DNA of 64,000 nucleotides from Cenarchaeum sp. (GCA_965242695.1 CBDESU010000001.1:1824001-1888000), one strand, 5' to 3'. Counted from the first letter of the stretch, positions 30,087-40,974 are shown. Program-made: numbers and translations. The notes: a model not told the origin generated them from the letters alone.

Positions 30087-31229
30087 CTATTCCGGCCGGC
30101 GCCCCTGCCGCCCCTCGACGAAATCCTCGCACGCCCTCTTTGCATCAGGATCGCTCATCTGCTCGGGCGGGTGCTTCATGAGGTACGCGCTGGCCGGGAC
30201 TATGGGGCCCCCAACGCCGTCGTCTAGCGCTATCCGGGCAAGGCGCACCGCGTCGATGACGATGCCGGCCGAGTTTGCCTTGTCGTCGACGTCCAGGCGC
30301 ACCTCCATGTTGTACGGCACGTTGGCCCACTGCCTGCCCTCTATCCTCATGAACATCAGCTTCGTGTTGCCCAGGAACGGGACAAAGTCTGACGGGCCCA
30401 CGTATATCTGGTCGTCCTCGAGCCTCTCGGAGAGCTGGCTCTGCACGCTCTCGGTCTTTGATATGCGCTTGCTGGCCAGGCGCTCCTGCTCCTTCATGTT
30501 CAGAAAGTCCGTGTTGCCGCCGACGTTGATCTGGTAGGTCCTCTCTATGCGGGTGCCCCGCTCGCTGCACAGGCGCGCGAGCGTCCGGTGCACGATCGTC
30601 GCGCCCACCTGGCCCTTTATGTCGTCGCCTACGACGGGTATCCCCTTCTCGGCGAACCGGCCGGCCCACCCGGGATCCGACGCTATGAACGACGGTATGC
30701 AGTTGACAAAGGCGGCGCCCGTGTCCAGGCAGACCTGCGCCCAGAAGCGCGTCGCCTCGTCCGAGCCGACAGGGAGGTACGAGACGATGATCTCGGCGCC
30801 CGTCTCGCGCACCACCCTGCGCACGTCCTCGGCCAGCTCCTCGTCCGTCCTGGTCTGCCTCACCGGATTCACCTTGTTCTGCACCCATATGCCGACGCCG
30901 TCTAGCTGCGGCGCCTCGTGGACCAGCGCGCCGGTCTTGGGCATCTGCTCGCGCGGCACCCAGTCGACCATGTTCGGCGACTCGTAGATGGCCTCGTTGA
31001 CCTCCTTGCCGACCTTGTTCTCGCCGACGTCGAACCCGCACACAAAGTCGATGTCGTGTATGGTGTAGCCGCGTAGCCGCTCGTGGATGATCCCGATCAC
31101 CGACTGCGACGGGTTCCTGCGGTAGTACTCTATCCCCTGTATGAGGCCCGAGAAGCAGTTGCCGACGCCGACCAGTCCGACCCTGATCCTCTCGCCGCGG
31201 CCCCCGCCTTGCCCGTCCCCGCCCGACAC
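30087..31229 (-). CDS. ino1: Myo-inositol-1-phosphate synthase
   Basis: VGVGNC, SYLPVGS, GDDIKGQVGAT, GGNTDFLNM, DKANSAG, YLMKHPP. Confidence 0.95.
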   Translation of the reverse strand: MSGGDGQGGGRGERIRVGLVGVGNCFSGLIQGIEYYRRNPSQSVIGIIHERLRGYTIHDIDFVCGFDVGENKVGKEVNEAIYESPNMVDWVPREQMPKTGALVHEAPQLDGVGIWVQNKVNPVRQTRTDEELAEDVRRVVRETGAEIIVSYLPVGSDEATRFWAQVCLDTGAAFVNCIPSFIASDPGWAGRFAEKGIPVVGDDIKGQVGATIVHRTLARLCSERGTRIERTYQINVGGNTDFLNMKEQERLASKRISKTESVQSQLSERLEDDQIYVGPSDFVPFLGNTKLMFMRIEGRQWANVPYNMEVRLDVDDKANSAGIVIDAVRLARIALDDGVGGPIVPASAYLMKHPPEQMSDPDAKRACEDFVEGRQGRRPE

Positions 31230-31313
31230 GGGCAGGGGGCGCGCCGCAATAACTTTAAAGGTTGCGTTGCCTGCCGCCCTTTGCGGCACCATGGCGCCGG
31301 GCGCCCCCGGCCG

Positions 31314-32207
31314 TCACTCGGCGGGCGAGGATCGCCGGCGCCGTCCCTCGACGTGCTCTAGTATCCCCGTGTAGTCTAGCCCCCCGAGGCCGGCCACGAC
31401 GGCCGCGTCGTACGCCTCCTCGGCCATCGACGCGAGCGGCAGGCGCAGCCCCGCCGAGCCGGCCGTCTCGTTGACGGCCCGCAGGTCCTTGCTCAGGTTG
31501 CTCAGCAGGAACGTCGGGTCGTAGACGCCATCGGCCATCTTGTACGCCTTGTTCCGGCTCATGCCGGTGCCAAAGTACGTCGAGTTGAGGACCTCTAGGA
31601 AGTCCTTCGGGTCGACCGAGGAGGCGCGCACCATTGCGATTCCCTCGGATATGGACATTGCAAGGGACGCGATCTGCAGGTTCATTGCGAGCTTTACCGT
31701 CAGGGCCGTCCCCGCCCCGCCGAGGAAGAAGATGCGGCTTGCGGTCTCGCCTAGCGCGCCGCGGTGCGCATCGAAGACGGCCCTCTCGCCGGACGCCATC
31801 ATTACCAGGTCCCCCTTGGCGGCCACGGCCGGGCCGCCCATCACGGGCGTGTCGAGCATTGCAATGCCGGCGGCGGCGCGCAGCCTGGCCGCGATGTCGC
31901 GCGAGTCGGCCGGCGTTATCGTGCTCATGTCGCACACGGCCGGAGTGGCCCCCGACGCGGCGATGCCGCGGGGCCCGAGCACGACGTCCCGGACGGCGGC
32001 CGCATCCTTGACGCATGTAATGACGAGGCGGCACCGCCCGGCGACGTCGGCCGGCGACTCGGCGACGGCGGCTCCGGCCCTTTCCAGGGCGGCCGCCTTT
32101 TCGGCCGTCCGGTTGTGCACGACGACCTTGCGGCCGCGCCCGATCAGGCGCGCCGCGACGGCGGCGCCGAGCATTCCGGTCCCCACCACTCCCACGGCCC
32201 CCTGCAC
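31314..32207 (-). CDS. NAD(P)-dependent beta-hydroxyacid dehydrogenase (3-hydroxyisobutyrate/6PGD family)
   Basis: VGTGMLG, HNRT, DMSTI, DTPVMGG, VKLAMN, KDL. Confidence 0.92.
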   Translation of the reverse strand: MQGAVGVVGTGMLGAAVAARLIGRGRKVVVHNRTAEKAAALERAGAAVAESPADVAGRCRLVITCVKDAAAVRDVVLGPRGIAASGATPAVCDMSTITPADSRDIAARLRAAAGIAMLDTPVMGGPAVAAKGDLVMMASGERAVFDAHRGALGETASRIFFLGGAGTALTVKLAMNLQIASLAMSISEGIAMVRASSVDPKDFLEVLNSTYFGTGMSRNKAYKMADGVYDPTFLLSNLSKDLRAVNETAGSAGLRLPLASMAEEAYDAAVVAGLGGLDYTGILEHVEGRRRRSSPAE

Positions 32208-32257
32208 GTGCGGGCGGCGGGGCGGCGGTATTTCATCCTTGGCGGGGCGGCCCGGCG

Positions 32258-32641
32258 CTACCTCCGCTCCTCGGACTTTACCCGCCACGTGCCGCCGAGC
32301 AGCGGCGCCTCGAGCTCCAGGTGGCCTATCACCCTGTCCCCCCGCCGGACCATCGCGTAGTCGAAGCGGCGCATGCGCAGCACCCGCTCCCTCGGCTTGT
32401 ACCCGCCCTCGATGACGCGCACGCCGAGCCTCTTGCTCGCCTTGACGACGAGCGAGCGGGCGTTCTTCACGTCGCCGACCCACGAGAACATCTCGAACGC
32501 CCCAAAGTTCTCCGTCTCGATGTCGTGCCCGTACAGGCGCGCCTCCAGCCTGTACCGGTGGCGCGCCGCCTGCCCGTTTATCCAGTCGACGACCTCGCGG
32601 CCGTGGCCCCTCTCGGCGCCGAAAGACTCCGAGTCCCTCAT
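32258..32641 (-). CDS. Conserved thaumarchaeal hypothetical protein
   Basis: Coherent 127-aa ORF (VVDWINGQA...ETENFGAFEMFSW...IEGGYKP...FDYAMV). Confidence 0.75.
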   Translation of the reverse strand: MRDSESFGAERGHGREVVDWINGQAARHRYRLEARLYGHDIETENFGAFEMFSWVGDVKNARSLVVKASKRLGVRVIEGGYKPRERVLRMRRFDYAMVRRGDRVIGHLELEAPLLGGTWRVKSEERR

Positions 32642-32728
32642 ACGGGGCCGGCCCCCGCGCCTTGCATGATAACGCTTTCGCGCCAGCACCGCGCTTGGCT
32701 AAAATACGGGGCCGCCGCCCCGCCCGCG

Positions 32729-33106
32729 ATGGGCGGCGTGATCACGGTCGACTGCAGGGACGTAGAGGCCATAAAGCACGAGCTGCTCGTGTACGTCTCG
32801 GACAACGTCGGCGCCATTCCGGCCCTGAAGCTGCACGAGTTTGCGCTCTCGCCGATCGGCGACGAGCCGATCGACGTCTCCGAGGTCGTCACGACCATCA
32901 GGGAGTACCTCGACTCGATAGGCGAGGCGCGCAACTTTGCCATACTGCCCGGCGGCGACACCGTCTCCATCAAGTCGGTCTCGGGCAGGCCCATGGAGCG
33001 GCCCGAGGCGGCCGCGCCGGCCGAGATGTTCTCGTGCCCCCACTGCGGGTTCGTCACGCAGTACGAGGTAGAGTACAACGCGCACAAGCGCATACACTAC
33101 CTGTGA
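32729..33106 (+). CDS. C2H2 zinc-finger protein
   Basis: C-terminal CPHCGF...AHKRIHY. Confidence 0.85.
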   Translation: MGGVITVDCRDVEAIKHELLVYVSDNVGAIPALKLHEFALSPIGDEPIDVSEVVTTIREYLDSIGEARNFAILPGGDTVSIKSVSGRPMERPEAAAPAEMFSCPHCGFVTQYEVEYNAHKRIHYL

Positions 33107-33176
33107 GCGGCGGAGATCCGCTCGCAGGGCGTCCGGCCCAGGCGATGCTTATAAGGAAGGGCTCCGCGCAGGGGCC

Positions 33177-33392
33177 GTGCTAGGGCAGGGCGTCGGCAGG
33201 GGCCGGAGCGGCGGCGCAAAGGTGTACTGCGAGAGGTGCGATGCCGTGTTCCCGTCGAGGTCAGAGTACGAGAGGCACCTTGGCAGGCATGGCGGCGGAG
33301 GGGCAGGCGGCGGCGGATGCGAAGAGTGCCCCCTCGACACGGCCATATCAAAGCTCGTCGGCCTGTTCAGGGGCATGGGCGGCGGCCGCTAG
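33177..33392 (+). CDS. Small C2H2 zinc-finger protein
   Basis: CERCDAVF...ERHLGRH and CEECPLDTAISKL; cttata upstream. Confidence 0.8.
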   Translation: MLGQGVGRGRSGGAKVYCERCDAVFPSRSEYERHLGRHGGGGAGGGGCEECPLDTAISKLVGLFRGMGGGR

Positions 33393-33445
33393 GCGCGCCA
33401 CACTTGGCAAAAATTATTTTAGTGGCGCCGCGGGCCGGCCGCCGT

Positions 33446-34123
33446 ATGGCCGGCAGGGGAGCCAAGATCGGCATCGTGGCGGGCGCCGCGGCGGCCGCAG
33501 TCGTGGCCGCCGCCGCGGCGGCTGCCATGCAGCCGGCCCCCGACTACGAGGGGGTCGACATGGACGCAATGACGGGGACCGTCTCGACGGCCCTGGCATC
33601 CCCCGTGCTGGGCGACCCCGACGCGCCCATCGCGATCGTCGAGTTTGGCGACTACCAGTGCCACCAGTGCTACAACTGGTTCCACAACACAAAGCCGGGC
33701 ATCGAGGCAGAGTACATCGAGACCGGCAGGGCCAGCCTGGTGTTCGTAGACATGGCGTTCCTCGGCAGGGACTCGCCGCGGGCCGCCGAGGCGTCGCACT
33801 GCGCCGGCGACCAGGGCATGTACTGGGAGTACCACGACACGCTGTACAGGCAGCAGGGGCAGAGGATCGACGACGGGTGGGCCGCGGCAGACAGGCTCAG
33901 GCTGTTCGCAGGCAGCATCGGGCTCGACGCGGACCAGTTCGCCGAGTGCCTCGACTCGGGCAAGCACCGCGACAGGGTAAAGTACAACACCGACGAGGCC
34001 CTCAGGCACGGCGTGAGCGGCACGCCTACGTTCATCATCGTCGGCCCCGGCGGGGGCGAGCAGACGATAGTCGGGGCGCAGCCGTACGCCGCGTTCCGCG
34101 ACGCGATAGAGTCGGTGGCGTGA
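33446..34123 (+). CDS. DsbA-family thiol-disulfide oxidoreductase
   Basis: Signal anchor, EFGDYQCHQC, GVSGTPTF, GAQPY. Confidence 0.92.
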   Translation: MAGRGAKIGIVAGAAAAAVVAAAAAAAMQPAPDYEGVDMDAMTGTVSTALASPVLGDPDAPIAIVEFGDYQCHQCYNWFHNTKPGIEAEYIETGRASLVFVDMAFLGRDSPRAAEASHCAGDQGMYWEYHDTLYRQQGQRIDDGWAAADRLRLFAGSIGLDADQFAECLDSGKHRDRVKYNTDEALRHGVSGTPTFIIVGPGGGEQTIVGAQPYAAFRDAIESVA

Positions 34124-34663
34124 TTGCGCGCCGAGCGGCTCGTCTTTGCCGACCCCAGGTACGCGGCGATGGGCGCGGCCGTCTTTGCCGGCATGGCCGT
34201 TCCCCTGCTCGCATTGTCCGGCTTCGTCTTCTTCGAGCCGCGCCTCGCATGGGTGGTGCACCCCGGCGAGGAGGCAAGGCTGGCCCTCGTGGTCGCCCTG
34301 TCGGCCCTGTCGGCCCTTGTAGTCCCGATGAGCGCGTACAGGGCGCTGTCCCTGGGAGGGCCGGGGCGGCGCGGCGGGGGCTCTGGCGGCAGGGCGGCCG
34401 CGGCCGGCTCTGCCGTCGGGGCGGCGGCCGGCGCGTGCGGGTGCGGTCCCGTCGGCCTTGCCCTCTTCTCGGCGTTCGGCGGGGCCGGCGCATCGCTTGC
34501 CGCCGCCCTGACCAACTACGAGGTCCACATACGCCTCGCGTCGATAGCCGTGCTGTGCGTTGCGTACTGGGCCGCGTCGCGGTCGATCGGCGCCGAGTGC
34601 GGCATCGGGCGGCCGGGCGGCGGCCGGGCGGCGGCGGCCAGAGGCGGCAGTCTACAAAGTTAG
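34124..34663 (+). CDS. Membrane protein with a CGC motif, next to the DsbA gene
   Basis: Four hydrophobic segments and GACGCGP; abuts the upstream gene. Confidence 0.75.
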   Translation: MRAERLVFADPRYAAMGAAVFAGMAVPLLALSGFVFFEPRLAWVVHPGEEARLALVVALSALSALVVPMSAYRALSLGGPGRRGGGSGGRAAAAGSAVGAAAGACGCGPVGLALFSAFGGAGASLAAALTNYEVHIRLASIAVLCVAYWAASRSIGAECGIGRPGGGRAAAARGGSLQS

Positions 34664-34808
34664 ACCGAGGTGTCATAATCCTTCAACACCCATCCTAATT
34701 AGCCGACGATCGGGCGGTTGGGCGTTGAAGATCTACATCCCGGTCCGACCGAGCCGAAGATCGTCCGATGCGGACGAGGAAGACGCAGAGCAGGACGGCA
34801 GGTAGCCC

Positions 34809-35786
34809 CTAGTGGCTGCGCGGTTGCGGCGCCCCGGGCGCGCCTAGCCGCGCGTACGAGCCGTCCGGAGCCGGCGGCAGGCCCGGGGCGCCCGGCCACA
34901 GCAGGGATGCGAGGATCTCTACGCCGGCGACCACCCGTATGCTAGGCTTGCTAAAGTAGCCGCCGGCGTCGACCGCGTACACGCGGCCGGACCGCGCGGC
35001 CAGCGTGCCGCGCCAGCGCGGGTCGGCGGCAAGTGGCGAGCCCGGTGCCGAGTACTCGGCGGCGGCCCGGTCCGCGCCAAAGCCGCACGGCATGACGACG
35101 GCCACGTCCGGCGCGCTTTCCGCAGCCTCCTTGACAGACATGGGGCGGGAGTGCTCGCCTGCCGAGCTGACCAGATTCACGCCGGCGGCGGCCTCTACCA
35201 TCTCGGGCACCCAGTGGCCTGCCGTGTACGGCGGGTCGATCCACTCTAGCGCCAGGGCGCGCGGCCTCTCCTTTCCGCTGGCGGCGGCCGCGGCGGCCGC
35301 GCGGGCCGCCCCCAGGCGCGACTCGAGCGATGCCCGCAGGCGCCGCCCCTCCCTGCCCCTGCCTAGCAGCGACGCGACCCCCGTTACGCTGTCGAGTATG
35401 CCGCGGATATCGTGCGGGTCGATCGACAGGAGCTCGGCCGAGCCGCCTGCCGCCTCCAAGGCCCTGTGCGCCTGCGCCGCATGCGGGGCGCACGCCTCGC
35501 ACGTGTCCTGGCATATGATCAGGTCCGGGTCGGCCCTGCGCACCGCATCCTCGTCGAGCTCGAACAGGTCGTGGCCGGCGCGGCGCGCGGCGCGCACGGC
35601 GGCATCGATCTCCGCGCCGTTCATGGCCGAAAAGTCTACCGCCGGGGAGATCACGCGCGGCACCGGCGGCAGGCCGGCCGGCAGCTCGCACTCGTGCGTG
35701 ATGCCGCGCAGCGACCCGGCGGCGCCGAGCTCGCAGATGAGATCCGTGGCGCTCGGCAGGAGCGAGACGACGCGCTTGAAGTGCAT
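34809..35786 (-). CDS. Cobalamin/iron-siderophore ABC substrate-binding protein (BtuF-like)
   Basis: RVVSLLPSAT, THEC, QDTCEAC, LEWIDP...GHWVPEMV, MPCGF. Confidence 0.88.
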   Translation of the reverse strand: MHFKRVVSLLPSATDLICELGAAGSLRGITHECELPAGLPPVPRVISPAVDFSAMNGAEIDAAVRAARRAGHDLFELDEDAVRRADPDLIICQDTCEACAPHAAQAHRALEAAGGSAELLSIDPHDIRGILDSVTGVASLLGRGREGRRLRASLESRLGAARAAAAAAASGKERPRALALEWIDPPYTAGHWVPEMVEAAAGVNLVSSAGEHSRPMSVKEAAESAPDVAVVMPCGFGADRAAAEYSAPGSPLAADPRWRGTLAARSGRVYAVDAGGYFSKPSIRVVAGVEILASLLWPGAPGLPPAPDGSYARLGAPGAPQPRSH

Positions 35787-35840
35787 GCCGCGGGGCCGGC
35801 GCGCGCAGAAATAAGCGTGCCGGGCCCCGCAGTCGGCGCG

Positions 35841-38800
35841 CTACCCGTCCCTGTTCTCGCCGGTGCGGTACGAGACGAGCGTCCCGAGCTGGTGCGCTAT
35901 CCTGGCCCGCTGCGGCACCGTAAATCCGAGGATGCCCAGCACCTCCCCATCCAGCCGCTCCCTGTCAAGGTCGCCGCAGTAGGCATTCCATGCGGCGCCG
36001 AGCCTGCCTACGTCGCGGGAGTCCATCCTGCCAAGGTCCGGCACCGGCGCCTCCGCCAGGTCGGCGATCAGCACCTGCAGGGCCCCGCCGCCTGCCACGT
36101 GCCCGCTCTTCTCCAAGTGCAGCGCAAACCAAGAGGATGCAAGGTACGCGAGGAGCGCGTCGGTGTGCTCGGGCCGGCTCGGCGTAAAGCCCGCAAAGTT
36201 GTCCCTCGCGTAGAAGCGGCCGTTGTTCCTGTACGCCTTGAGGCGCCTGTCGATGAAGCGGCCTAGGAAGACGGCCGGCGGGCCGTCCCGCAGGCCGAGC
36301 GAGTACCACAGGTCCCTCCCCCTGAGCGATGCAAGATCGGCAATGCCCCTCTCCTTGCGCGAGGATCCCTTCTTCGGCACGACGGCGGCCGCCTCGGCAT
36401 CCTCGATGTACCGCAGGACTCCGGCGCCGCCGACGGCCCTTGCGAGGCGGCCCTTTGGAAGATCGACGCTCAGTAGGTGCTCGCTCGCCCTCTGGCCCCC
36501 GAGGCAGCCGTCCGCAATGCCGTCGGACAGCACCGGCCGCCTGAACCGGGCCGGGATCGAGTACTCTCGAACAGCCTCGCGCGTGAGTACAAAGAACTTG
36601 TTGCGACCTGTCTTGATCCCGCTCTCTAGCTTACCGACCTTTCTCAACGGTACGGTCGGGACGCGTATATGCGAAGGGGGGGGGGGGCGCAAAGTGAGCA
36701 AACCAGTTGCCCGGCACGGTCGTCCTCTGGAGCTTCCTAGCCACCATATGCTGCGTCCAGTCGTCAAATGCGCGGATCCCTGGGATCGCCGCAAGGAGTA
36801 TCTGGTGGCCATCGCAGGACCTCGCTTTGGTGAGGAGCGTGACCACCGTCTTGATGTCGGCGTCGTCAAAGACGTTGAAGAGGGGACGCAACAGGGCGTC
36901 GATTCTACAGTTGTCAAGCATGGTGCGCTGCAGCTGCAACCCATAGTCATGATTGAGCCACCCGTCGCTTGCGATAAATCCCAGGCGGCCACCATTCGCT
37001 AGGCTTGCAAGCGAATGGTAGTAGAAGTAGCTGCTCAGGTCGCTTTTACGTGGTATCTCAAAGTCCGATGCAATCTCTAGCACCGAGCCACCTGGAAGCG
37101 CCAGCGAATTCTTGTCTGCAAGGCCTTCCTGCCGCACGTATGGTGGGTTTCCAATTATAATGTCGAATCCCTGTGCCGCCTGGAACGTGTACGGGAACAA
37201 TGAGGGCCATCCACCATCGGGGATGTCTTTGACGCTGTCCCGCACAACTATGTTCCGAGACAAGTCGGGCAGGCGCTCGAACAGTGACGCCGTCATCAGG
37301 CACAGCGACAGGCGCGTTATCTCAACCGACTGAGGGTTCACGTCTATTCCGTACAGGTTGTTGCGCACTATCTCGAGGGGGGAGGCGTCCGCAATGTCCG
37401 ATTCTAACGTGCCGCTTGCTAGCCCTCCGTGGGCGTTCCTGTGTGCTCGGATTTCTCTGTATATGTCAAGCAGGGTAGTAGCCGCTTCGATCAGAAATGC
37501 TCCCGATCCACACGCAGGATCAAGTATCCGGATGTTGCGCAGCCGCTCCTCAAGGCTTGCAATGTTATCTGCATACTCTGCCACAAGGGAGGCAGGATCC
37601 GCCGCGCTGCCCAACTTCGATAGCCATGGTATAATCGTGCTACGGCATATGTGACGCGTCACGTATGCAGGGGTGTAGAACACCCCCTCACGCTTACGCC
37701 GCGACGAGCCGATGCCAAGTAGGTGCTCGATTTCATGTATGGACTGTTCAAATATGTGGCCAAGTATAGTGACGCGTATCTGGCTCTTGAAGTCATATGA
37801 GGACATTGCGAGTAAGTTTTTGATGATTGGGTTGAGATCGTCGTGCCGCCGGACCGCTGCCTCTATCTTCACCTTGAACTCCCACGAACGACGCCGCTTT
37901 TCAGAGTTAAATTCGTCGAAGAATCCGGGAGGGCGCAGGTCCATTATCCGGGCTCCCCGGGGGAGTGGTTCTACAAATAGACCTCCATTGAACCCGAATA
38001 TTTGGGGCGAGCGTGATCCCTTGTCAAATCCTGGAAACAGTTCATCTGTCAGGTATGACCACACCCGTTTTGAACGGTCGCCTAGTCGCCCGTTCAGCAC
38101 GTCGATCACTCCGTCTGCAAACATATCCGAGTCGCGTACCAAGCCCGAATCTTGGGCGAAGAATATAAAGATAAGCCTGTTGAGCAGCGTCTGTGCTGCC
38201 GCGACGGCGGCACCTCGTTTCACTCCAGACGTTTCGAACTCCCGGATCAACATAAGGCGTGTCTTTCCATACAGATCGTAAAACTCGTCCGTGAGTGCCT
38301 TGTCTTCGTTTATCGACTTTGTGTGAGCACGCTCGACAAAGCCGGATCCAATGTTCGCCTTCCCGAACACGCCTATGAACTCTCGCAGTTTTTTAGGGTT
38401 GTTCCTTACACTCTCAAAGTCGAACTTATAATACTTTGAATAACCATGTTTTTTAGTTATTAAAATAAATTTGCGGTAGTTAGTACATATGCCGTATTCA
38501 AGGTCGATCTTTCCCATGTAGTCCCAAGCCTGCTTGATGGGGGTCGAATGTTCTCCTTCCTTGTGGTGTTGCCGGGCGAAAAGATCGCGCGTCTGTGTGC
38601 CTTTTACTTCAAAACATCCGAGCGGGCGGCGTTGTGAATCGTAAAATTGGAACTCGACGTTGTCCGATTCATATTTGATGTCATCCACCTTGTATCCGAG
38701 CAGTCTATCGAGTATGCACGACATGAAGATGGGGTAGTTGGACACCTCCTTTTGTAGACGGTCTTCTTTGAGCAACGTGAGCCACTCGGACGCCGCGTCG

Positions 38801-38874
38801 TGCTGGTCCCTTGTGATCTTCACGTCAGCGCACATGTTCTCGAGTGTCGCCGGTGAGAAGAGATCATCGGACAT
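35841..38874 (-). CDS. Type IIG (Eco57I-like) restriction-modification enzyme, copy 1, frameshifted at a C12 tract
   Basis: N-terminal nuclease motif CFEVKG, ILDPACGSGAFL, IIGNPPY. The frame stops at 36631; the specificity domain (GIKTGRNKFFVL...GGGALQ) continues in another frame to 35841. AT-richer than flanks. Confidence 0.88.
36676..36687. repeat. G12 (C12 on coding strand) homopolymer at the frameshift of RM copy 1
   Basis: gcgaa-G12-cgcaaa; a C11 tract would fuse the two frames. Confidence 0.9.
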
Positions 38875-39097
38875 ACAAGTCACCACGCCGTGGTGCCATA
38901 GATGGCCAAGGAAAGCCGCTGCCACATCCACCGCGCAACCCTCCACGGTGCAGGGGCCTGCAAGGCAGGGCGCCTTATCCAGGCGCGGTGGCGTCGGTAG
39001 GTGTACATAGCGATCACGGCGCCGCTGACGAGTAGCCCCGTTAAATCCCTTTCAAGGCAACGCGGCGTTTCTTATACGCCCCGCCCGGGAGGGGGCC

Positions 39098-40270
39098 GTG
39101 GAAGAGTCCGTTCGCATCCGCAGGGACATCGAGGCGAGGTGGAACGAGCACCTGTCCAGGCACGGCGCCCTGTTCTCGTCGGATGCGGTGAGCGGTACGA
39201 CCCCGCCGACCGTCTTCGTCGGCTCGCACGGCTACCCCCGCCTGCGCGTGGGCCCCATGGTGCCGCCCGTCCACGGCGACACGTCCATGATGGACAGCCC
39301 GGAGCGGTGGTCCGGCCGCACCCTGGCCGAGATCGTCTCGGACAGGCTTCGGATGGTGCGCGGCGTGCGCACGGTGCGGGCCGACGCGCCGGCGGACCGC
39401 TACGTCGAGGACCTGCAGGGGCTGGCCATGTCCGGCGGGCCGGCAGACTCTGACCTGCGGCTCGACGCGCCGGCGGCCCCGGTGGCCCTTGCCGACGGGT
39501 ACTCGGCGCCGTTCGGCCCCGTCGGCAGCGTCAAGAGCGCGTCGTACTCGGGGCTGTCGGCCCCGCCGAGGGCCGTCGAGCGGGCGTACTACGACACCGA
39601 CAGGGGCGCCGCCGGCGCCGTCATGGACCTGTACGAGGCGGGCATCGAGGTGTCTAGGATACACCGGCTCCTGTCCATCGGCATGCTCGGCCGGAAGAAG
39701 AGGAGGAGGCTCGTGCCGACCCGCTGGAGCATTGCGGCGACCGACTCTGCCATATCCGAGGCGCTGTCGCGGCGCATACTGGACTATCCGCTGATCGACT
39801 CGCATATGGTGTTCCACCACGAGCACCTGGGCAACCTCTTCTCGGTCGTGCTGTTCCCGAGCCGGTGGATGTTCGAGATGATCGAGGCGTGGTACGCCGC
39901 CGACGGGACGCCGGGGTTCGGGGCGGACCGCGAGGGTGCGCGCGGCATGGGCCACAGGCAGCCGGCCATTGCGGGGGCGTACTTTGCCGGCAGGCTCGCC
40001 GTCGCCGAGCACCTAGAGCGCATCCAGGCGCAGGCCGGCGCGCTAGTCCTGCGCGAGATAAGGCCCGAGTACGCGGTGCCCGTGGGCGTGTGGCAGGTGA
40101 GGGAGGGCGTGCGGGCCGCGATGGCCGGAGGGGGCGCGGCTGCGCCCTCCCTCGGCGAGGCCGTCGGGGCGGCGTGCTCCCCGATGAGCATCTCGAAGGG
40201 CGAGTGGCTCGCGCACGGGCAGGTGATGCAGATGGCCCGTCAGCGGACGCTTGCCGACTTTTTCGGCTAG
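39098..40270 (+). CDS. nreA: Archaeal DNA repair protein NreA
   Basis: PPTVFVGSHGYP, RRLVPTRWSIAATD, PVGVWQVRE, C-terminal PIP box QRTLADFF. Confidence 0.93.
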   Translation: MEESVRIRRDIEARWNEHLSRHGALFSSDAVSGTTPPTVFVGSHGYPRLRVGPMVPPVHGDTSMMDSPERWSGRTLAEIVSDRLRMVRGVRTVRADAPADRYVEDLQGLAMSGGPADSDLRLDAPAAPVALADGYSAPFGPVGSVKSASYSGLSAPPRAVERAYYDTDRGAAGAVMDLYEAGIEVSRIHRLLSIGMLGRKKRRRLVPTRWSIAATDSAISEALSRRILDYPLIDSHMVFHHEHLGNLFSVVLFPSRWMFEMIEAWYAADGTPGFGADREGARGMGHRQPAIAGAYFAGRLAVAEHLERIQAQAGALVLREIRPEYAVPVGVWQVREGVRAAMAGGGAAAPSLGEAVGAACSPMSISKGEWLAHGQVMQMARQRTLADFFG

Positions 40271-40404
40271 GCGGCAGAGGCGCGGCGGCCGGGCGCCCCG
40301 CCGCCGCAACCGGCAGTCCCGCCGGCAGGGGAAGGCGGCGGCCGCCGGCAAGTCCAGCCCCGCGCATCCCCGTTTGCATCCCGCTGTCGCGGCGCTCTCC
40401 GCAT

Positions 40405-40974
40405 CTACAGAATGACAAAGTTGAGGGATGCAAAGTCTGGATCGCTGGCCAAGGCGCTAAACTGCCGGTCCCGGGTGCAAAAATTTTTCACTCTGTAGTC
40501 CCGAGCCGCAAGCGCGTGCATCATGTCGAGGATGCCAAGGCTCCTGTAGATGATCCCCATTTTGCCGTGCGGCTCGAAGCGGCCCCCGTGCCTGATCAGC
40601 ATGCGCAGGGCCAGGGTTGCGTACTGTCCTGCATTATTCGAAGGGTTGCGAATTCGAACTTTGCCCATGTCAGACAAGAGCGAGAGCCGACGTAGAAAGA
40701 GTGCCACAGCCTTCTCCGCCACTGCCCATGCCGCCTGTAGGTCCGGCGCATTGCTGCCGCACACCCTAGCCAGATCTCTCGCCGTTTCGCGCCTAGTCAC
40801 TTGGATTACTTCGCTGATGACAAAATCGGACACGTCGACCGTCCTTTTTCCGTCATGCAGGTCGTCGAACAGGGGGCGGCAGGCATCGTAGTGCGGATCC
40901 TTCCTCCCCAGCGAGAATGCGGTCCACACATTGGAGTCCCAGTAGTCGTCGCTACGACCCTCTTCCGCGCACAG
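40405..40974 (-). CDS. PIN-domain (VapC-like) toxin
   Basis: YWDSNVW, SDFVISEV, LGILDMMHALAA, FCTRDRQF; frame open upstream to CTG 40974, preceded by GGAGATGATCC. Confidence 0.8.
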   Translation of the reverse strand: MCAEEGRSDDYWDSNVWTAFSLGRKDPHYDACRPLFDDLHDGKRTVDVSDFVISEVIQVTRRETARDLARVCGSNAPDLQAAWAVAEKAVALFLRRLSLLSDMGKVRIRNPSNNAGQYATLALRMLIRHGGRFEPHGKMGIIYRSLGILDMMHALAARDYRVKNFCTRDRQFSALASDPDFASLNFVIL

